Shown one piece after another: positions 35,235 to 43,018 of a stretch of DNA of 43,018 nucleotides; the first letter of the stretch is position 1; each line of letters begins with the position of its first letter. Made by a program: the position numbers and the translations under genes. Below the pieces are notes generated by a model. That model was not told where the DNA came from. It saw only the letters and a list, made by a program, of their open reading frames with translations, and did not search any database. Source of the DNA: Octopus bimaculoides (taxonomy: Eukaryota); assembly GCF_001194135.2 (NCBI RefSeq), contig NC_068986.1:114113385-114156402 (forward strand), in the 5' to 3' direction.

Positions 35235-36459
35235 GTGGAGATTGGATATATGTATTATGTATTTGTTGTATCTATGTGACTATACACACACATTCACGTG
35301 TGTGTCTGCCTACTTATATACATATATACATAAGGTTGTTTGTGTGGAAATATTTGCTTGGCAGATTTCTTTTATCTTCCTCGTTATACTTAGCCCTATT
35401 ACCATTCGTTTGCATCTCACTATTTCCGGCACTGTTACTTTTTTTACCGCGCGCGCGCGCACCCACATACACACACACATTCAATTATATATGCACATCG
35501 AGACATACGTTAACTAATAAGCACATCTACGTCGATGCACATAGCCATTCATACGCATACGAATACATAATTACACGTGCGCGCATGCGTGTGTGCATAT
35601 GAGCCTTTATGTCTTTGCCTGTGTACGTTTATTTACACGTATATACATGCACAGAAAAATTCTACGTCTGTGTGGATGAATGTGTGTGCTTGCTAATATC
35701 ACGCTGCAATTAACGTTCCACTTTTCAAATATTTTATACCATTACACACACACACATACATATTATATATATATATATAAACTCCTGTTCGTGTGTGTGT
35801 GTGTGTGTTTCATTGGCGATATATTTTTGAAAGGATAAGCGAGTATTATCAGTAGATGGATTTACCCAATTATAAGAAATGTGATATTTTTAAACCTCTC
35901 ATCCTCTCTCACATTCTCTCTCTCTCTCTCTCACACACACACACGGTATAGTTTATACTATTTTATCTGGATGGATATAATTCTTTTCCTCACTATTCTC
36001 TCCATGAATCTACAAAGATCAAAATCTAGAACAGCTGCAGTTAGATTTTCTCCAAGAATAGAAAGAAATACAGTTATTCCAGTAAACTTTTACGTAACCA
36101 GTAACTCCTCCTCCTCCTCCTCCGCCGTTGCCACCTCTTTAATCCGCATCTTGTTGTTGGTGTTTTTAATATTTTGACACCTTGGTCTTTCTTTCCAACT
36201 TCAAAAATGTCTAAATGGTTTTAACGTTTGTGTTGAGATCGTTAACAATTCGGTCGTAATTCGTTTTTGCTCCTTCTCACAGAAGTGACATTTCTGCAGG
36301 GGCCATCTCTCCTTCCATCCTTCCGGCATCCACACCATAATTATCTGTCAAAATATTGGGACGCTTGGAATCGATTCAATAGAAGATATTCAATAGAATA
36401 CCTTGAATAAATATTTAAAATAATAGGTAAAGCTAACACCTGAACGTTACTGTGTCTTG

Positions 36460-36677
36460 CGCGTCGTAGGGGTCAGTTTGCAGGGTTCCATGGAGTATAA
36501 GTGACCGGAATCACAGCATACACCGCTGGACAGGACCTCGGTCTGTCGTAAGATCTCATATAAAACTGAGTAGAGTGGAACGTGTAATGAACTTTTTTGC
36601 TCAAGAACTCAACACACGACTCGGCCCAGAGATAGAAATCACCATTGCAAGATTGTGAATGAACCATCCAAAGCACT
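36460..36677 (-). mobile_element. Degenerate SINE sharing the family C head and core but with a different 3' tail
   Basis: ctgagtagagtggaacgtg...ttgctcaagaactcaac aligns with 11307-11360, while the tail (cacagcatacaccgctggacaggac) is unrelated to the family C tail. Confidence 0.65.
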
Positions 36678-36682
36678 TGACT

Positions 36683-36822
36683 GATACATTATTTCATCAC
36701 CCCGAAAGGATGAAGGACAAAATTGAGCTTAGCTGCATTGAAATTCAGAACGTATAGAGATGCAAGAATTACTGCTAACCATTCTGTCGGACGGGCTAAC
36801 TACTCTACTGGCTCGCCGCCCC
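36683..36822 (-). mobile_element. Degenerate SINE family A
   Basis: atcaccccgaaaggatgaaggacaaaatt...gaaattcagaacgta...gctaactactctactggctcgccgcc. Confidence 0.7.
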
Positions 36823-38160
36823 CTGTCATTATTCTGCCCAAACATTATATTTCCAAATATCCAGTTTCATGAACAGAGCCGCAAAGATTTTCTTACTTTC
36901 CGTTAAACCGTTTTCAATGCACGGTCGGATGAAACCTCTATGTTGTAGCCAACTGTTATGTCGATTGCAAGCCCATCAACTTGCATGTAATAATCTCGTC
37001 ATCTGCTGATTAACTTGGCCATCAGCGCCACGTCAATATTCGAGTTCAGAACGCAAAGAGCTGCAACAAATAAGACATTTCATCTGACGTCTAACATAAT
37101 TTATTCATTGTGAAGATAATGGTGAAGTCGTTATTGCTTTTTTTGATGTTGTTGCTGTCGTTTAGACGAAGCCCAAACAAGTGAATTTGTTAGTAAAAGC
37201 ATTCATTCTCTGACTATTCCACAGTTTTCTACACCAAGGCATACGTTCTCTAATGGTTCTTTTTTTTTTCTTTTAAGACAAAGTAGGATTTTAGAAGACA
37301 ATTCTTTTATCGAATCGACTGTACAGATTATTTCATTGGTTTATATTCATTGGTAGAAGGCTTATTTTGAAATAAAGAGAAAAGCACAAAGACAACTAAT
37401 AAGTTTGCCTTTATCATTTACCGAATGTGCGGCGTTCGTCGCTCGTCACTGAGTCTATCTCTTTTTGTTTCTATTGCAAACTTATTAAAATATCCAATAT
37501 CATTTGCTTTATAATATTGGCTGTTAAATTATAAGTAATTAGATCGTAATTTATGGTTTGTGAATCAATATCTCAAAATAATTACGAAATATACTCCACC
37601 AAATGAAATGTTCTACATCGACTCAAAGTAACAATCATTATGGCATACAGATAACATCCACGAGTATAAAGCGATTTGAGGAAAGCTGACGAGATCCATT
37701 TAAGTTGAAATCTTGATACATCAGTTGTTAAACCGATGTGTTTTCCTCAAGAGTTGTAGCTTCAAAAGTTGTTAGAAATCTATAGCATTGTACTGTACGA
37801 AGTTAGCTCCGCACTCTCTTCCTCTCTGTCCTCCATATATGTGTGTGACAGTGTGTGAGCATGCTTACTAAGACTGGTCACAACTCTCATAACAAGCCTG
37901 CGTCGTTTTGAGTCGTAGCCTTAATCTACGACCCGTTGACAGACTTGACTGTTACATGCATTTTGAACGGATTTCCATTGTTAAAATAACCAAGTTTTCT
38001 CGTTTCTTCCTCCTTTCATTTACCATAGTTGGCAGTTGTATAATTTGAATAAAATCACCAGGGATATATATGTGTTCAGACTGACAAGGAGGCCACGGCA
38101 ATCTTCAAGAACTGGAACGAAGATACCGGTAACCAGATAAATCTCTTGATCAATTCTTAC

Positions 38161-38280
38161 CAAACCATTATTTGGAAGGAGGTGCGTAAGCTGTCAGAGT
38201 AGCATGGTCTTGACATCGAAATGAATAGAATGTGGATCATAAATGTAAAAAGGTAGCGATAATAATTGAAGTAGAAGTCA
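38161..38280 (-). CDS. Candidate 120-nt phase 2-2 exon (DFYFNYYRYLFTFMIHILFISMSRPCYSDSLRTSFQIMV)
   Basis: Strong acceptor (cttttcttcctgtttggtttatAG) and strong donor (TTG|GTAAGA), with one open frame. Its AT-rich composition makes chance plausible. Confidence 0.2.
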
Positions 38281-39164
38281 CTATAAACCAAACAGGAAGA
38301 AAAGCGAATGAGAGCAAAATCGTATTTACAACTGGATATACATATCAAAATCCAACTCTTCTAGACATAGCTCACATCCGACACAAAAGTTTCCGTTGTC
38401 TTTCACATCTTGAACAATATACTATCTACGCAGGACACAATTTTTACGGAATAAGACAATCTGGCGCAGCAGTTAAGGCGCTGATGATTTGGCATGGCTA
38501 ACTGGAGATAAGGCTTGTTTGGACAACAGTGAATTTTTAGGCATTGAATGCAAGCATGCGCGTGCGCGCAGAAATATACGCATAGAAGGGGGAAGGAGAG
38601 AGAAAGGGGGAAGTGAGATTGTTGAAATTTATTAATTGAGCATGATTCACATAAAAACTTCCTGTCACGCACGCATAAAGACAAATATACTCACACAAAC
38701 AGAAAGAGAGAAGGGGCAGAGAGAGAAGTGGAAGAATGGGAAAAGCATTAAATTGAGAGAAACGCTAAGTCAGCGTTGAATAAATAATAGGTATGAAAAC
38801 GCTTGTTCTAATCGGCAATACCTGGCACTATAACACCAAGAAATTATACAGCATATCTTTTAGAGTTTCCCCCGTGAATGCGACTCTTCAGATTTGTAGA
38901 TGTGTAAAATTGGGGAATAACGATAGAGTTAACTGATAAATGTGCAGTTAACGAAATCAACACTCATGAAATATAGAATTAAGTAGAAAGAAGTAAGCAA
39001 CAAGGAAATAAAAGATTTACCGAAGGTTGTTGTACAAGAATGGTTTGAGGAGAACAAAACTAATTGCACACTAAAAGATTATTTTGAGTAACACACACAC
39101 ACACCCACACCCACACACACACACTTTTGTTTTAGCTCCATCTGTATGTGTGTCTGTGGAGGGA

Positions 39165-40010
39165 TGGAATTGGAACAAAACTTCATACCGTTTCTCCAGT
39201 AAAATTCATAAACACTATTTGATTACTTGTACACAGTTTTATTCAACGGAATATGGCCCCTTTATATTCCACTAACTTTCGTCATATTCGAGACGGTTTC
39301 ATGACCCCAACCTCTCAGGGTTTGGCATCATCTCTTGGTCATGAACTTCTCTAAATGGTTTTTACAGTCTTCCAAAGAATTGAAGTTCTTCTCATTAAGA
39401 GAATTTTGTAGAACTCAAACTGAATGGTAATACGAAGGTAGAAAGCCAGGTGAATGTTGCACCAATTTCTGCCAGGTCAGCAAGGAAACATACGAACCAG
39501 CGTCGTCCTGAGGAAAACAACACCATTCCCATTGGCCAATTCTGGGTGTTTTCCATCGATTGCTCCCTTTAATAGGTCCAACTGAGAACAATAATTGCCT
39601 GAATTTTATGTCTGTCATTTTGCAAAGAGTTCCTAATACACAATGCTCTTCCAATCTCACCAGATATAAAGCATCGCCTGCTTCGGATACTGACGAGCTT
39701 TTGGAAGGGATAAAAGTGGTTCGTTTCTATTGCTTCTACTTTTTTTGCTCCATATTGTTTTAAACAATCCACTTTACATCACCTGAGATTGCTCTTTTCA
39801 AAAATGGGTCGCTTTCGATTAAATTATGAGAGATCCAAACCTCATAGCGTCCACGTTTCCGTTATTCGATGTGTTGGAACGCTCATATACGAGATATGTA
39901 GAATTTCTCAGCAATGCCTCTTGTCGTGTGACCAGGACTTTTTCGTTCGGTCAACGACGCACGTCCAGACCAAAATTTTCTCTGAAACTTAAACCATTTA
40001 GGGAGAGTCC
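39165..40010 (-). mobile_element. Decayed mariner (DD34D-type) transposon
   Basis: Minus-strand fragments PFLKRAISGDVKWIV*NN (first catalytic D), QDDAGSYVSLLTWQKLV (QDNA motif), SPGFLPSYYH (degenerate SPDLAPSDYH) and LQNSLNEKNFNSLEDCKNHLEKF, plus a TIR-like ttggaacaaaaacttcataccgttt at the low end. Confidence 0.9.
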
Positions 40011-41028
40011 GCTGAGCTATGCCCCTATCAGCATCACTAAACATATCTTTTTGCTCTCTGTACAGCTTTTTTTTTACCTTCCTGGAAATAAAAGCATCGA
40101 ATTATGAAAGTGTATTTCATTTTCTTCCATTTTCTTCCCTTTTCAGTTTTAACGTTAAAAATGGTAGCAATAGACTGTCCACAGAGTGATTTTCAAGGAA
40201 AACGTGTTGAAATGTCACCTTTCACAAAATATGTACGTCATGTGGTTCTGTCACGTGAGAAGCCAAATNNNNNNNNNNNNNNNNNNNNNNNNNNNNNNNN
40301 NNNNNNNNNNNNNNNNNNNNNNNNNNNNNNNNNNNNNNNNNNNNNNNNNNNNNNNNNNNNNNNNNNNNNNNNNNNNNNNNNNNNNNNNNNNNNNNNNNNN
40401 NNNNNNNNNNNNNNNNNNNNNNNNNNNNNNNNNNNNNNNNNNNNNNNNNNNNNNNNNNNNNNNNNNNNNNNNNNNNNNNNNNNNNNNNNNNNNNNNNNNN
40501 NNNNNNNNNNNNNNNNNNNNNNNNNNNNNNNNNNNNNNNNNNNNNNNNNNNNNNNNNNNNNNNNNNNNNNNNNNNNNNNNNNNNNNNNNNNNNNNNNNNN
40601 NNNNNNNNNNNNNNNNNNNNNNNNNNNNNNGCGTGCGTGCGTGCGTGCGTGCGTGCGAGCGTGCGTGTGTGTGTGTGTGTGCGCGTGTGTGCAGGCGGTG
40701 ACAGAAGGAAATGAAAGACAGTAGAGAGGAAGAGAAAGATGTAGATTTATGTAAGACAGTATCTGCGTATCAATAGACACACATAAAGATATATGAGCGT
40801 GAATGTGAAGGGATGTGTGTGAACGTCTACGTAAATACGCAAGGTAAGTGGAGGATGTAAAGATTACAGATTATCTTATTAGGCTAACATGGATAAGACG
40901 AATGGCATCAGTTCCGGCAGGATGTAGAGAGAAGGTGAACGATAGAATACAAGAAGTAGGAAGAGTAGCTGAGAGAGAATGAGTGATAAATGGTAGTGAA
41001 TGGAGATTGGAAGATACGCAGGAAGTAT

Positions 41029-41030
<2 letters not shown>

Positions 41031-41106
<76 letters not shown>
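41031..41106. repeat. (TG)n microsatellite
   Basis: Direct reading of the sequence. Confidence 0.97.
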
Positions 41107-41109
<3 letters not shown>

Positions 41110-41191
41110 CAAATTAGGATAAAGTTATTTAATGATTTATCAGTGGTCAGCATACTAAAATACCATAATGATTAATTCATATTAATACGAC

Positions 41192-41392
41192 AATAAGAAC
41201 ATTGATAATGACAGTCTGCTAGAAATAGACCCCAAATGGCCTATAAACCACTTAGATTATTACTCCAATTACCACAAAATTGTAGGCGAGGAAAATAGAC
41301 AGAATGGATTTATAAAATAATTTGGATACAAGTGGTTTATAGGCCATTTGTGGTGTATTTGTAGCAGACTGACATTATTCAATGTCCTTATT
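41192..41392. mobile_element. MITE-like foldback element with about 62-bp inverted arms
   Basis: Arms 41192-41253 and 41330-41392 differ by 5 mismatches and 1 indel, around a 76-nt spacer. No clear TSD. Confidence 0.7.
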
Positions 41393-41603
41393 ATAATTTT
41401 ATATATATATATATATACGAGAGTTAAGGAATGGAGTAGATAAGATCCGGGCTACATATGTTTCATAGCGAGCGGAACAGAAGTGGTAAATATCCAAGCG
41501 AGGTGTATACCGCAGGCTAGTCGTCAGGCCAAGGATACCTTGATTAAATGAAAGTTTACATTGTCGCAAGGAGGTACATGTTAACACATGAAAGATTCGA
41601 TCA

Positions 41604-41642
<39 letters not shown>

Positions 41643-41988
41643 TAAAGAAAGCGAGAGACAGACATACAGACAGACAGACAGATGAGAAACGCAGGAAGAT
41701 ATTTGTGTAATTTTTCAGTCATTAAGCTGCAGCTAATTCGTAGCACCGCGTTTTAGGGATAATTGAAAAAAATGGATTCCAGTAGCTCTTTTAACCTGGT
41801 GCATATTTTATCATTATTTTGCCAAACTGCTAAGTTACAGGCTCTTAAACAATCCAACACAGGCAGTCAAGTGGTAGGTAGTTAAACACACACATACACT
41901 TATAATACATACATATATACATGCATACACAGATACATACACATATATATGCTATTATGTATATACATGTATGTGTGTGTTTATGTAA

Positions 41989-42023
<35 letters not shown>

Positions 42024-42057
42024 TGCATGTACACACACACATACATATATAATTTCT

Positions 42058-42150
42058 GTCTACCAAATTCTCTCTCCGACCGAGTCGAGCTGGCCGGAGG
42101 CTGTAGCTGAAAATACTTGTTCATGGTACCACGCAGAGGAATTGGAGACG
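42058..42150 (-). mobile_element. Highly degenerate SINE family B fragment
   Basis: ctaccaaattc...ggaggctgtagctgaaaatacttgttcatggtaccacgcagagg aligns loosely with 32334-32410. Confidence 0.5.
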
Positions 42151-42629
42151 TAATACTTCGGGATTTACAGAGATGATGGACTAGTCATTTCGCATAGAAA
42201 AATTATTGGCATCCTAGGCTTAAGAAATTCTAAGTGATACATTCAAAGAATTTGTTTTTATAATCACCATCAGCACCAATATTAATTCTCAAACTTATCC
42301 CTTAACTTAATCCCCAATATATACAACACATACAGATAACCTATTTACATTACATTCATGAATGCTTCAAGAATTTCCTCTTTTAAAAGTTTTACCTGTT
42401 AACATTAGTAAACGAACCTCTAACAAATCCTAAGTGAAAGAATCTTTAAAGAGTGTTATAAAATATTACACCGATGCATTATACTGAAGCAAATCTAAAC
42501 AAAGATGGTTTACGTATCAAGCAAAAACAAAGCAAAAAACAGAAAAGGAAGATCATACGATATAACCTACTATTACTAAAATTATTGCCTGATGTCTTTT
42601 TAACATATGATTAGCAGTTCTATATTTAA

Positions 42630-42810
42630 GAGATGAGGAATTATGTATACATTATTTACATTTGACGGATATTTGTCCTCATCTTGTTTGTTGTTAACAC
42701 AACGTTTCGGCTGATATACCCTCCAGCTTTCATCAGGTGTGTTAGGGAAATTTTGAACCTCGGTTCTCATTCCTAAGGTATTTTTTGATATTATTACTAT
42801 CATCATCATT
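42630..42810 (-). mobile_element. Penelope-like element terminal-repeat fragment
   Basis: Carries a minimal hammerhead motif with an AC-rich downstream tail. Minimal hammerheads in pseudo-LTRs are an established hallmark of Penelope-like elements. Confidence 0.7.
42697..42740 (-). ncRNA. Minimal type I hammerhead ribozyme motif
   Basis: Minus strand: ACAC-CUGAUGA-A-AGCUG-gaggguauau-CAGCC-GAAA-CG-UU-GUGU. Intact core boxes, 4-bp stem I, 4-bp stem II with an A.C closing mismatch, and a loopless palindromic stem III (AACGUU). Confidence 0.72.
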
Positions 42811-43018
42811 ATTATTATACACACCCACACATATATATATGTATGGATGGATATATGTATGTATGGATATATATATGCATATATAGATATATATGTGTGT
42901 GTGAGTGTGTATGTATATATATGTTTAATATAAAATTGTGTTCATCGTAATTTCCCATATATATATATGTGAGAGAGAGAGGGAGGGGGGAGAGATAGGG
43001 TGAGAGAGACATAGATAG

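Noticed and set aside
37685-37725. CTGACGA...GAAAT hammerhead-like boxes, and a 9-bp inverted repeat ttgaggaaa/tttcctcaa
   Set aside because: Stems I and II do not form convincingly, and the match is expected by chance.

Overview
AT-rich, repeat-saturated eukaryotic DNA from a gapped short-read scaffold with ten N-gaps (about 3247-3820, 5919-5928, 14819-15623, 18688-19071, 21697-22059, 23162-23602, 27576-27647, 28837-29126, 34727-35046, 40269-40630), most of them flanked by dinucleotide repeats. The repeat content matches my recollection of octopus (coleoid cephalopod) genomes; this is recall, not a search result. Almost all ORFs in the supplied track are microsatellite or gap read-through artefacts. 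Supportable features: (1) at least 3-4 tRNA-headed SINE families, with target-site duplications on two copies; (2) decayed LINEs (CR1-like, RTE-BovB-like, RTE-X-like, and a possible Dong/R4 tail); (3) two DD37D/maT-type and one mariner-type transposase remnants; (4) a Helentron-like non-autonomous element and a 200-bp MITE-like foldback; (5) many micro- and minisatellites. The most interesting signal is five short repeats carrying minimal hammerhead-ribozyme-like motifs of the Penelope/retrozyme type, with no Penelope ORF in the window. One has an intact CUGAUGA/GAAA core, and one is masked by a 33-bp foldback. No host gene could be identified. A few phase-compatible candidate exons on each strand are listed at low confidence. 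No rRNA, bona fide tRNA or CRISPR array is present.
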